From assembly GCA_046154225.1 (NCBI GenBank), contig JBJXEM010000013.1, positions 27,388 through 91,387 of the forward strand: a stretch of DNA of 64,000 nucleotides. The letters run 5' to 3'. Source of the DNA: Rickettsiales bacterium (GTDB lineage Bacteria; Pseudomonadota; Alphaproteobacteria; Rickettsiales; UBA3002). Position numbers and translations under genes: made by a program. The first letter of the stretch is position 1, and every line of letters begins with the position of its first letter. Below the pieces are notes generated by a model. It searched no databases. It was given only the letters and a program-made list of their open reading frames with translations, and had not been told where the DNA came from. Shown piece by piece: positions 30,271 through 52,127 of this stretch.

Positions 30271-31968
30271 CTAATAGCGATACTGGACGTTGAAAAACAC
30301 CCGCGGGTCGTTGCCATTGCCACCAAGAGCCGCCACGCTACGGGTCAGCGGCCATGCACCTTCAACCGACGCCGAAACGGCATCGATCAGGTTGACGCGT
30401 GCCCCAACGCCTGCCGAAGAAAGCGATTGCACCGACTGCTCGCTGCCTGCAATGGCACGGATGTTGTACACTTCGCCAATGTCATAAAAACCATACACCT
30501 GATATTGCTTCAGGTAGTTCAGGCCGGGGCTCTGGTTGTATTGCAGCTCGGCACGGCCTGCCGCACCCGAGTCGCCGGTGAGTTCCGCCGTATCGTAGGC
30601 CGAGCCGAATTCTTGTCCGCCCAGGGCAAATTCTTCCGACGCCAGCAACGGCTGGAATGCATACTGGCCCGACGCCGACACTTGCAGCGAGAACGCATCG
30701 TATAACGGTTGCAGGCGCGACACTTTGGCGTTGATTTTGGTATAGCTGCTATCGGCGTTGGCGCGCGAACGCTGCTGACCGGCGGAATCGCCTACGGCAA
30801 TCCCCTGCGAAGCGCTTGCTTCCAGGCGGTTGATCGCCGCCAGCGGGTCGACGAAATCGAAGGTGGAGCCGACCGTAATGGCGCGGGTTTTATCGTAATA
30901 GAGATTCGAGCCCAGCGCGTCGGTATTGACATCGCGCCAGGTGAAGTCGGTGTTCACAAACCAGTTTTGCTGGCGGCTACGAATCAGCGGGTGGCTTGCC
31001 CCGATGCTCAACGCGTAGCTGATGCCATGAATATCAAGCGGCGTGAGCAAATAGCCCGGATGCGTATCGACATAGCTGCCCGAGAAAAAGAGTTTGGTGC
31101 CTTCGTTACCGATTTGCTCTTCGTGGCGAATTTCGCCGTACGCAAATTCATCGGTTTGCAGGATCGAACTGGCGGCACGCAACTGGGTCTGCTCTTCAAG
31201 GCCGAACGCGTTATTCGCAGCCACCGTTGCGCTCAACTGATACGGGCCCAAATAGCGCGTCCCACGATTATCGAACGACGCCGAAGCCGTGATGGGTTTG
31301 CGCGAGATAGTGATAATCACATCCGACGCACCCGTTTGCTCAGCCGCTGGCTGCAACACAGCGCGCGCCTCAACGCCTGGCAGATCTTCCATCAGCAGCA
31401 GATAGCGCTCAAGCGTGGAAGCATTGAGCGGTTTGGCCGCTTGAATTTTATCGGCATAGTTACGCAGCAACGGGCGGCCATTGCCCACATCGCCTTGCAG
31501 TTTCACTTCATTGACAAAACCTTCCACAATGCGGATGGTCACCACACCGCCTTCGGCGCGTTGCGGCGGCACCACGGCGCGGGTGAGAATATAGCCATGG
31601 TTGCGGTAGTAGCTCGTGATGTCAGCGGCGACATCGCCCAAATCGTCGAGCGAGATTTTCTCGCCAATTTTGTTGGCGTATAGCGGCTTCAGTTCTTCTT
31701 CGCCATACACGGTGCCACCCTCGATCTTTACCGCCTTGAGGGTAAATTGCGCAGTGCCCGAAATCGATTTTTTCTCCGCTTTCGGTGCCGAGATAACCGG
31801 CGCACCACCCACACCGGGGCGTAGCGTTTCAATGCGGTTTTGGCGTTCAATCACGTTAGGCAGCGAACTGTTGGGGGGAATGCTTTGCGCCAGGGCAGTG
31901 CTCGCACCCAGTGCTGCAACCAGCGAAAAGCCCGCCAATGCCAAGGATGAATTTTTAATAGTACCCAT
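30271..31968 (-). CDS. ShlB/FhaC/HecB family TpsB outer-membrane translocator
   Basis: Signal peptide, POTRA motif YYRNHGYILTRAVVPPQ, DNRGTRYLG, EEFALGG, GDSG, C-terminal aromatic YRY; alternative TTG start at 31977. Confidence 0.93.
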   Translation of the reverse strand: MGTIKNSSLALAGFSLVAALGASTALAQSIPPNSSLPNVIERQNRIETLRPGVGGAPVISAPKAEKKSISGTAQFTLKAVKIEGGTVYGEEELKPLYANKIGEKISLDDLGDVAADITSYYRNHGYILTRAVVPPQRAEGGVVTIRIVEGFVNEVKLQGDVGNGRPLLRNYADKIQAAKPLNASTLERYLLLMEDLPGVEARAVLQPAAEQTGASDVIITISRKPITASASFDNRGTRYLGPYQLSATVAANNAFGLEEQTQLRAASSILQTDEFAYGEIRHEEQIGNEGTKLFFSGSYVDTHPGYLLTPLDIHGISYALSIGASHPLIRSRQQNWFVNTDFTWRDVNTDALGSNLYYDKTRAITVGSTFDFVDPLAAINRLEASASQGIAVGDSAGQQRSRANADSSYTKINAKVSRLQPLYDAFSLQVSASGQYAFQPLLASEEFALGGQEFGSAYDTAELTGDSGAAGRAELQYNQSPGLNYLKQYQVYGFYDIGEVYNIRAIAGSEQSVQSLSSAGVGARVNLIDAVSASVEGAWPLTRSVAALGGNGNDPRVFFNVQYRY

Positions 31969-32673
31969 GTGTTGCAATCCTGTTTCTGTAGCCTGCCACC
32001 TCTTAACTAGATGCTCTGGCGCTTACCAGAAAAATCGACATCATCGCGCGCATGACATGCGTTTCTTCTCAACACTGTGAAAAGCCCGTGCTCATTTGGC
32101 ATCGCACAGGCAGGGCACCCCACCCCTAAATTGCACAGCAGATGATAATTTGCATGCCCATGACCAAAGTAATGTTCACCGGGGCACTCACCAGACACGG
32201 ACACGCACCAACTTAAGGGGCGTCCATCCGTTAAACCGCAGCACGTCAATAATAAGCGTATTATCTAATATTGCTTTGTTATTTTTAAGTTATAAAATAT
32301 AATATTCGTTCTAGATTGAATTGTAGCGCGGCGATTTAAAAATGCGCAAAAAAATTTTTCATTGCCTTAAAATCAACGGAAAAACTTAAAGTGCTAATGC
32401 ATTAATGCATTACTTAGGCTAATGAATTCCGTTTTCGTAATAATTATTTTAGCGCACCAGAACTCGTGTGATTTGCTGTCAGCATGGAGATTTTTGAATA
32501 TATCAAAAATTCGTACAACTTGTGCTGTGAATACTCCGATGCGCCACCACGCCGCTGTGGCAAGCCGGCATGAAATCATTAAAATGCCGCCTACTTTCGT
32601 ACTTTTTGTGGACTCATTTTTGTGACTTTTCATCAAAAAAATGCTATATTCAGTCATAAAAAGAACGTATTTC

Positions 32674-44666
<11,993 letters not shown>

Positions 44667-44670
<4 letters not shown>

Positions 44671-45383
44671 GCGGCGGCGCTCGATTCGCTACCCACCACA
44701 TCCATGCGGTAGCCAATGCCTGCTTCCGACACGATGGATTTGCCTAAACCCTTTTTCGCCTCAAGCTTTTCGCGCACCTGGCCGACATAGACGCGTAAAT
44801 ACTGCGTGTCCTCGACATGCGCCGCGCCCCACACTTCCTTCAGGATTTGTTTGTGCGTGAGCATGCGCCCGCGATGGATAAGGAAATAGCGCAGCAAATC
44901 ATATTCCTTCGGCGTGAACGCGACTTGATTGCCCTCGATGAACACTTCATGGCGCACTAAATCCATGCGGATGGGGCCGTTCACAATATCGGGCTCGCCC
45001 ACTTCGCGTACGGTGGCTTTGCGCAAACTGGCGTGAATGCGCGCCAGCAACACTTCGGCATTGAACGGCTTGGTGATGTAATCATCGGCACCTAAATTAA
45101 GCGCGGCGGCGACTTCCGCATCGTCCGAGCGCACGGTGAGCACAATAATCGGCACCTGCGTCCATTGCCTAAGCGCGGTGACGACTTCCTTACCGTCCAT
45201 GTCCGGCAGGCCGAGATCGAGCAGAATTAAATCCGGCTTCACCGAAGTCGCCATGCGCAGCGCCTGTTTGCCGCAATCGCTCTCGACGACCTTAAAATCC
45301 ACGGTGTCGAGGAAGATATTCAGCATTTTGCGAATTTCTTCTTCGTCGTCGACCACGAGAATGGTGTTTTTCTTCACGTGCAT
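44667..45383 (-). CDS. kdpE: OmpR-family response regulator, KdpE-like
   Basis: VVDDE, LLDLGLPDMDG, GADDYITKPF, LTHKQILKEVWG, QYLRVYVGQ, GIGYR. Confidence 0.88.
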
Positions 45384-45400
45384 GTTGTTCCCCGCGTCGG

Positions 45401-45472
45401 TTAGAAAAACAGGTTATAAAGGACAATCAACGAGACCGGTACGCCTAATGCCCACAGAAGAACACTTTTCAT
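45401..45472 (-). CDS. Small single-TM peptide MKSVLLWALGVPVSLIVLYNLFF (23 aa), below the ORF track cutoff
   Basis: AAGGAGAG RBS 4 nt before the ATG; almost wholly hydrophobic; ends 17 nt before the kdpE-like ATG. Confidence 0.7.
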   Translation of the reverse strand: MKSVLLWALGVPVSLIVLYNLFF

Positions 45473-45558
45473 AAAACTCTCCTTGCGCCCGGAATTGGGC
45501 TTCTCGCAAAAATTACCCAGCACACCGTAAAGAAACAGCGGGCGGGCATGAGAACATA

Positions 45559-45575
45559 TATAAAAAAACGATAAA
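45559..45575 (-). promoter_or_regulatory. KdpE-type binding site
   Basis: TTTATCGTTTTTTTATA versus the recalled E. coli kdpFABC site TTTATACTTTTTTTACA (14/17). Confidence 0.55.
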
Positions 45576-45583
45576 GACGATGG

Positions 45584-46306
45584 CTACTGCCGTGGGCAGC
45601 GCAGCGTGAACTCGGCCCCGCCTTGTTCGTGATTCACCCCTTCCACCGTGCCGCCGAGTGCCTGCATCATTAACCGGCAGATGGGCAGGCCGAGGCCGGT
45701 GCCCGCGTTTTGATTATCGTTATGGGCGATACGGGTGTATTTCGAGAAAATTGCTTCTTCCTTACCCGCCGGAATACCACGGCCATTATCGCGCACCCGC
45801 ACGTACGCACCGTTCGCGTCGGTGCCGTAATGCACTGCAATCGTCGCTTCACGCCCGGCATGCTTGATGGCGTTGTCGAGCACCAGCCCGACGGCACGGC
45901 CAAACAGCATGAGGTCGGTGGTGATCGGCGCACCCTGCTCGTCACCATGTAACTCAATCGTGTGGCGCTTGGCGCGCGGGCCGAGGCGCGACAGGCAGTC
46001 GTTCAGCAACGATTTCATCACCAGTTTTTCGGGCTTCAGCGTAATCATTCCCGCTTCGAGCTTGCCCATATCGAGAATGTTGGTGATGAAATTATCGAGC
46101 CGATACGCCTCGCCCAGCGCCGAGCGAATGAGGCTCTCTTTTTTCTCGGGCGTCAGTTTTTCGTTCATGCGCTCGTACACTTCGAGCGCGCCGATGATGG
46201 TCGCGAGCGGCGTTTTCAAATCATGCGACACCGCCGACAGCATCTGCCGATGCATCTGCTCGCGCGTCTGCGCGAAGGCGGCAGCATCATCAGGGGGGTT
46301 TTTCAT
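45584..46306 (-). CDS. Sensor-less KdpD-like histidine kinase (HisKA plus HATPase only)
   Basis: SHDLKTPL after only ~26 aa, LDNAIKH, DNGRGI, GTGLGL. Confidence 0.88.
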   Translation of the reverse strand: MKNPPDDAAAFAQTREQMHRQMLSAVSHDLKTPLATIIGALEVYERMNEKLTPEKKESLIRSALGEAYRLDNFITNILDMGKLEAGMITLKPEKLVMKSLLNDCLSRLGPRAKRHTIELHGDEQGAPITTDLMLFGRAVGLVLDNAIKHAGREATIAVHYGTDANGAYVRVRDNGRGIPAGKEEAIFSKYTRIAHNDNQNAGTGLGLPICRLMMQALGGTVEGVNHEQGGAEFTLRCPRQ

Positions 46307-46378
46307 CGCGCTGCCTTTGGCTTTATGGGCTTGGAAAGCCTATGTTAGCATACGCGATATAAAAAAGTGAACCGCAAG

Positions 46379-47968
46379 TCACGCCAGCTGCTGCAATTTC
46401 GCGGCCAGAATATCGGGGTGGATGGGCTTGCTGATGTAATCGTCCATCCCGGCGCTCAGGCAGCGCTCGCGGTCGCCCGCCAACGCATGCGCCGTGACGC
46501 CGATGATGGTGTGACGAAACCCCTTCTCCTGCTCGATTTCGCGAATACGGCGCGTGGTTTCCAGCCCGTCGACCCCTTGCATCTGCACATCCATCAGGAT
46601 GACCATAAACGGCGCGCTACGCGCCTGCACCAGCGCCATTGCTTTTGTCCCGTTTTCAGCACTTTCCACGCGGTAGCCCATGTCTTCGAGCATCATGGTG
46701 GCCACCATGATGTTAGGGGCATAATCCTCGACCAGCAGCACTTCTGCCCCAAGCGCATCGCTACTCTCCGGTTTGGCGGCGGCAGCGGCACTTGCAGGCT
46801 CCACCACCGCCTCGCACGCTTCGCATGGGGTAAGGCAAATAGTGGCGGTGAACAGCGAACCCTTGCCCGCTTCGCTTTCAATCCCGATGTCGCCATCCAT
46901 CATCCGCGCCAGCGAATGGGCGATCGACAGGCCAAGCCCCGAACCGCCGAAACGCCTCGTGATGGTGGCATCAGCCTGCGTGAACGTATTAAAAATGGTC
47001 GGCAAATGCTCGGGCGCGATGCCGATGCCGGTGTCGCGTACCGTGAGTTGAATGCAATGCTGCCCGTCGGCGCGGGTGATGGGCCGCGCCACCACATCCA
47101 CCCCGCCCTGGTCGGTGAATTTAATCGCGTTGCTCACCAGGTTCATGGCAATTTGCTGCACTCGCGTGCGGTCACCGATATAGGCCCGCCCGTGCGTCTG
47201 GTCGTCGAAGTGCAGGGCAATGTTTTTCTGCTGCGCGTGTTGCTCAAACATCAGGCGGGTATCTTCCAGCACCGCCGAAAAACTAAACCGCGTCGATTCC
47301 AGCATCACGTGTCCGGCCTCGATGCGGCTGATGTCGAGCAGGTCGTTGATGAGCTTGAGCAATAGCTGCGCGTTCGAGCTTAGGGTGCTGACGATTTTCG
47401 TCTGTTTTTCATCGAGCGTCGTGCGCGCCAGCACGGCCGTCAGCCCCGTCACTACATTCAATGGCGTACGGATTTCATGGCTCATGGTGGCCAGAAAGTT
47501 GCTTTTCGCGGTATTGGCGGCTTCGGCTTTTTCCTTGGCGTCGGACAGTTCCTGCCGCTGGCGTTCGTTCTCGCGCACCAGCGCTTCGCGCATGAAGGCG
47601 GCTTGCATGATGGCGGGCAGCAAATCGAAATAATTCTGCCCCGCATCTTTCACGGCATAATCCGCCGCGCCCTTTTCAAGCGCCGACACCGCAACGCGCT
47701 CATCGCCGCCAACGGTGAGGATGACGATCGGTGGCGTGTCGTCGCGCGTGGCTAGCAAATCCAGCAGCTCGAGCCCGTTGATGCCGGGCAGATGGTAATC
47801 GACCAGCACCAGATCGTAATCGGCTTCATCCATCATCACCAAGCCCTGCTCGGCGCTGTGGGTGATGTCGACGGTGAAATGCTCGCGCTCGAGCCGCTTT
47901 TGCAGCAGCCGCGCGAGGCCCACATCGTCCTCGATATACAGTATACGATGCAGGGTGTGATTGGGCAT
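46379..47968 (-). CDS. Cytoplasmic hybrid kinase REC-HisKA-HATPase-REC
   Basis: YIEDD and VDYHLP receiver; FLATMSHEIRTPL, NLVSNAIKFT, GGSGLGL; LMDVQM and DDYISKP receiver. Confidence 0.92.
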   Translation of the reverse strand: MPNHTLHRILYIEDDVGLARLLQKRLEREHFTVDITHSAEQGLVMMDEADYDLVLVDYHLPGINGLELLDLLATRDDTPPIVILTVGGDERVAVSALEKGAADYAVKDAGQNYFDLLPAIMQAAFMREALVRENERQRQELSDAKEKAEAANTAKSNFLATMSHEIRTPLNVVTGLTAVLARTTLDEKQTKIVSTLSSNAQLLLKLINDLLDISRIEAGHVMLESTRFSFSAVLEDTRLMFEQHAQQKNIALHFDDQTHGRAYIGDRTRVQQIAMNLVSNAIKFTDQGGVDVVARPITRADGQHCIQLTVRDTGIGIAPEHLPTIFNTFTQADATITRRFGGSGLGLSIAHSLARMMDGDIGIESEAGKGSLFTATICLTPCEACEAVVEPASAAAAAKPESSDALGAEVLLVEDYAPNIMVATMMLEDMGYRVESAENGTKAMALVQARSAPFMVILMDVQMQGVDGLETTRRIREIEQEKGFRHTIIGVTAHALAGDRERCLSAGMDDYISKPIHPDILAAKLQQLA

Positions 47969-48044
47969 GGCGTCTATGTACTCTCGTGCGGCATTTTAAC
48001 AATACCCAACATCAGATCCGGCATCGGAGCGTGTCGGTGACGTA

Positions 48045-48443
48045 CTAGCCTTTATTGAAGCCCTGCAAAAACGCATCGCACACTTGCGATACCCTGCCTG
48101 AGATCGGCGATTGGCGGGTAATCATCTGACTGCAGGCGTTGGTGGCGCGGCACCAGTAATGGCGCATCGCCATAAACGCGGCGAGTAATAACGCAAGCAA
48201 GGCCGAGCCAATGAGCAACGCGGCAACAGCAACAGTCACGCCATGGGCTACCAGCTGAGCGTAGGCTAGCCAAATCGCCCCGGCCAGCACCATAGCCATC
48301 AGCACCGCCGCAAACACCGCAAGTAGGGTGATCGCCGCCATGCTGACCAGCAGTCGCATGAATAACGGGGTCGTCGACGAAAAATTGTGACTGAATGCCC
48401 AGAGACTCAGTAGTCTGCGTGTCCATGCCATGGCGGCGATCAT
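48045..48443 (-). CDS. Two-TM membrane protein (YqjE-like partner of DUF883)
   Basis: Two long hydrophobic helices; directly follows the DUF883-like gene. Confidence 0.65.
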   Translation of the reverse strand: MIAAMAWTRRLLSLWAFSHNFSSTTPLFMRLLVSMAAITLLAVFAAVLMAMVLAGAIWLAYAQLVAHGVTVAVAALLIGSALLALLLAAFMAMRHYWCRATNACSQMITRQSPISGRVSQVCDAFLQGFNKG

Positions 48444-48475
48444 TTCCTTGTGTAAAGTTGCGACGGCAGTTGATA

Positions 48476-48766
48476 CTAGCGGCGAATCAACGCACCGAGC
48501 AATACGCCGATACCGAGCGCAACCGCACTCGAGCGCAGCGGATGATCGTGGATTTCGTTGGTGAGACGTTCACGTGCATCGCTCATCTGGTCGGTCGTGT
48601 CGTCGATGAATTTGCGCACTTCGTGGCCGGCTTTTTCAGCGTAGTCGGTCACATCATTGCGGCCACTACGAGCGGCTTCGCGTACATCGCGTTTTGCGTT
48701 GTAGGCAGTGGATTTAGCATCAGCCACGGTGTCGTTGGCAGCATCTTTGGTTGCGGTAGAAAACAT
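48476..48766 (-). CDS. DUF883/ElaB/YqjD-like tail-anchored protein
   Basis: Charged helical N-terminus and HPLRSSAVALGIGVLLGALIRR tail; AAGGAGAG RBS. Confidence 0.85.
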   Translation of the reverse strand: MFSTATKDAANDTVADAKSTAYNAKRDVREAARSGRNDVTDYAEKAGHEVRKFIDDTTDQMSDARERLTNEIHDHPLRSSAVALGIGVLLGALIRR

Positions 48767-48922
48767 GGTACTCTCCTTTATTGTTATGTGATACCGGCAA
48801 TGGCTTGAACCATGCCGTGCCTAAACAATTAACCAGAGCCCGAATAAAGGAGCGATGCGGACTGGTTATGCCGCTGCTAAAGAAGCGCTAAGTGCGCATC
48901 GCATGGTTTGGGGGGCGTGCTT

Positions 48923-49558
48923 TTATAGGCCTACAAGTGCCGTAATCGAGTACAGCAAGCCGCCTAGAAAAGCCGCAATCACCGTCGCGCTAATGCAGGT
49001 AACTATCAGTCCCGCAATGACAAACACGCCATCTCGTTGCATCAGCCCGATGGCAAACAGGCAGATCGCGAGCGCGGGGAACGCATTGCCAAAAGGGATG
49101 GGCATCACGATCATCAGCGCCAGCACAACACAGATAAGCGCCACCACGCGCTCCATAGGGGTCGCCGTCAACATCATGAGGCGCGGCCGGTTAACCCGCT
49201 CGAGTTTGCACATCCACGGCACCACGCGGCGGCATAACGCCTGCAGCCGTTCGGTTTTGACAGATCGTCTGGCCAACATGCCCGGGAGCCAGGGCGTTTT
49301 CATCCCTAACATCATTTGAAAGGTAACGAATATCAGGGGCACCCCAAGCAAGGCCGAAAGGCCCGGCGCCGGAATGGGAATCAGGTTCGGCAGCGCTAAT
49401 ACCAGCAGCAACATGCCAAAGGCCCGCCCGGATAGCGCACGGGTAAGTTCACCCACCGTTACTTTTGCGCCGGTAAACTGGTCGGACAGCGCCGCCAAAA
49501 TATCCGATATTTTCTCACGATTGCCGCTTTGGTGATTCGCCGCGCGTACCCGTTTCAT
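48923..49558 (-). CDS. exoD: ExoD family membrane protein
   Basis: RAFGMLLLVLALPNLIP, PWLP, RPRL, PIPFGN, RDG. Confidence 0.9.
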   Translation of the reverse strand: MKRVRAANHQSGNREKISDILAALSDQFTGAKVTVGELTRALSGRAFGMLLLVLALPNLIPIPAPGLSALLGVPLIFVTFQMMLGMKTPWLPGMLARRSVKTERLQALCRRVVPWMCKLERVNRPRLMMLTATPMERVVALICVVLALMIVMPIPFGNAFPALAICLFAIGLMQRDGVFVIAGLIVTCISATVIAAFLGGLLYSITALVGL

Positions 49559-49692
49559 CACCCGTGTTTCCAATTGAAAGATTGCGTGCGCCCAGCATTA
49601 CAGAATACCGCCGCGATAGCGACCTGTTATCGTGGCACCATCAAGGGCCCAACCAACGCTACACGCAAAATATGAGGATGCTCGCTGGGAAA

Positions 49693-49769
<77 letters not shown>

Positions 49770-49893
49770 ATTCCACCGCGAGGCGAGTCTTTTAGGTAGG
49801 TGGGGGGGCAATGTCAAGGGATTCAGCCAGCACATCCGGGCGGTGGGGACATGGCGGTTAAGGCGCGGGGTGCGGCCTTGGAGGGGCTGGCGC

Positions 49894-50967
49894 TCAACTG
49901 GTCGTCTGGGTGCCAAGGGTGGGTGGCGATTCCTGCGACACCCGGTTGCGGCCGTTTTTCTTCGAGACATACATGGCCGCGTCAGCACGGCGGATCAGGT
50001 TTTCAGGCGTATCGCTGCCGTGATGGTAACGCGCAACCCCGATCGAAATCGTGATGGCACCGAAATTTTCGCCATTGGTTTTGCGCTTCAGTTCGCGGCT
50101 GGCGATCGATTTGCGGATGGCCTCGGCCACCACCGCAGCCCCGCCCAACGGTGTGCGCGGCAGAATCACCGCGAACTCCTCGCCGCCATAGCGCGCCACG
50201 CAATCCATGCCCTTCAGGGTATCGGTCAGGGTGCGCGCGACGATTTTCAACACTTCATCGCCGATCAAATGGCCGAAATTATCGTTGAACTGCTTGAAAT
50301 GGTCGATGTCGATCATCAGCAAGCTGAGCTCGGTGCTTTTGGCGCGCGCGTCCTCCACCGCGTCGAGCAGCCGTTTATCGAATGCCTTGCGGTTGAAGCA
50401 GCCGGTGAGAAAGTCGCGCTCGGCTTCGGTCATCACGCGCGCCAGGTCTTCTTTCAGATCGGCGATTTCCTGCTGCGCGCCCGCGAGGCGTTCTTGCATC
50501 GTGTCGCTCGAGCTTTGCATGGCGTGCGCGCTCGTTACCAGCGTGTTGGCCAACAGTCGCACCACTTCTTCGCTTGCCTGCTCGTCGAGCATTTTCAGCT
50601 CGCGCGTCACATCGGCGCTGATGGCTGAAGTTGCCCCCGCAAATGCCGACACATTGCTCATCATTTCGTTCAGGATTTTTTTGGCGTTCACCGCGGTGTC
50701 GTTCACCACGCGGGTTTGTTCCTCTGCGATGTAGCGGGTGTATAGCGCGTCGAGCACGTCGTCGGTGAAGCGCTGGCGTTGCGATTTCAAAAGCTCAATC
50801 TCGCGCAGCAATTCGGAGGGCTGGCCCGCCACGTAGGAAAAAAACACGGCGTAATGTTTGGGCAGCGGCATCACCCCGAGCGAGCGCATCACGCCAATCG
50901 CGCGCTCGGCATAAACCGCCGCTTGGCTGAGTACGGGCGCGGGAGTCGTGGGGGTTGGGCTCGGCAT
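49894..50967 (-). CDS. Diguanylate cyclase (helical N-terminus plus GGDEF; DgcB-like architecture)
   Basis: DFLTG-NR, DIDHFK-FND-FGH-GD, RYGGEEF, SIG, ADAAMY-SK-GRN. Confidence 0.93.
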   Translation of the reverse strand: MPSPTPTTPAPVLSQAAVYAERAIGVMRSLGVMPLPKHYAVFFSYVAGQPSELLREIELLKSQRQRFTDDVLDALYTRYIAEEQTRVVNDTAVNAKKILNEMMSNVSAFAGATSAISADVTRELKMLDEQASEEVVRLLANTLVTSAHAMQSSSDTMQERLAGAQQEIADLKEDLARVMTEAERDFLTGCFNRKAFDKRLLDAVEDARAKSTELSLLMIDIDHFKQFNDNFGHLIGDEVLKIVARTLTDTLKGMDCVARYGGEEFAVILPRTPLGGAAVVAEAIRKSIASRELKRKTNGENFGAITISIGVARYHHGSDTPENLIRRADAAMYVSKKNGRNRVSQESPPTLGTQTTS

Positions 50968-51082
50968 AACTTCATATTAGTTTTTACGGCTACGCGCGTC
51001 AAGGCGAACGCATGTCCACGGTTATGCTTGCATTTATCAGGTTGCGTGGCACAATTCGGGGGCATGTGTGAAGGCTGGTTGA

Positions 51083-51538
51083 ATGCTCGCTCCCCAACAA
51101 AAAACAACGCCGGATGACGATCAGGCCGCAGTGCGCCCCAAGGTGATGCGGCGTCCGGCGCAATTTTCCCAACCCACGCCGCCAGTGGTCGCTGAAACGC
51201 AATTGGCCGCGCTGCCAGTTGTCAGTGAGCCTTCGCTGGCGCGGCTGCCGCGCACCTATCCCTGGCAGGATGACGGGCGCTTCGGCCTTGCGCTCGTGGC
51301 CATTCTGGTGGTGGTCAATCTCGCCTTGCTGCTATGGTTGCCGCATCTGTTGCCACAGCCGATAGCGACAGCCACGCGCAACCCGTTAGTCATGCTGGGC
51401 CAAGCCGCCGCGCCGACGCCTGCGCCCTTACCGGTCACGCTGTATGCGCAACCGTCGCGGGCGCGGCTCTATACGGCGCCGGTGCATGTGCTGGGCGAAT
51501 CACCCGCGCTCGATCTGCCTGTCGCCGGGGCGCAATAA
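51083..51538 (+). CDS. Hypothetical Pro-rich single-TM protein
   Basis: One TM segment (FGLALVAILVVVNLALLLWL); TAA overlaps the next ATG (TAATG); start uncertain. Confidence 0.5.
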   Translation: MLAPQQKTTPDDDQAAVRPKVMRRPAQFSQPTPPVVAETQLAALPVVSEPSLARLPRTYPWQDDGRFGLALVAILVVVNLALLLWLPHLLPQPIATATRNPLVMLGQAAAPTPAPLPVTLYAQPSRARLYTAPVHVLGESPALDLPVAGAQ

Positions 51539-52089
51539 TGCGCGTCGCCATCGCCAGCCGCAGCACCAGCGTGACGCGCACACTGGAGTCGCTGATAGAG
51601 ATGGCGGGCCATGAGGTTTGTGCTACCGCAGACGCGCAATTACTCATCGCCGATGGGCACCACCCCACTCAATTACCGCAGGGTTTGTCCATCCTCACCA
51701 TTGCATTGGGCGGCGCGAACCCCGATGCCATAAGCAGCCCGGCGCGTATCGCCACGGTGCTACAGGCCATCACGCGTGCGGCTAAACCTCCACTCACACT
51801 TTCCGGTGGCTGGGCGCTCGACCCCACCGCGCGGATGCTGGTGCACCCCGAGATTGCCAGCCAAACCCTGACGGAAAAGGAATGCACGCTGCTGGCCACG
51901 CTGGCTTCGACGACAGGCACCATGCCACGCGAGCAACTGTTGGCCCAAGTGTGGGGCATGGCGGCACAGGCCGAAACCCACACGCTGGAAACACACATTT
52001 ACCGGCTGCGCGCGAAGCTTAACGCCCTGCACCCCCTGCCCTGCGACCTGATTACCGAAGGCGGCAGCTACCGCCTTGTCCTGCCGTGA
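51538..52089 (+). CDS. OmpR-type winged-helix protein with short degenerate receiver
   Basis: LTEKECTLL, REQLLAQVWG, ETHTLETHIYRLRAKL, GSYRL. Confidence 0.85.
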   Translation: MRVAIASRSTSVTRTLESLIEMAGHEVCATADAQLLIADGHHPTQLPQGLSILTIALGGANPDAISSPARIATVLQAITRAAKPPLTLSGGWALDPTARMLVHPEIASQTLTEKECTLLATLASTTGTMPREQLLAQVWGMAAQAETHTLETHIYRLRAKLNALHPLPCDLITEGGSYRLVLP

Positions 52090-52127
52090 GCCTTGTGTTT
52101 GCGCGCATTTACGCGTAAACGGGCGGC

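Noticed and set aside
32000-32670. c-di-GMP riboswitch or ORFs 32394..32675 and 32422..32625
   Set aside because: No GEMM-like conserved motif seen; the ORFs are AT-rich, lack an RBS and overlap the promoter region
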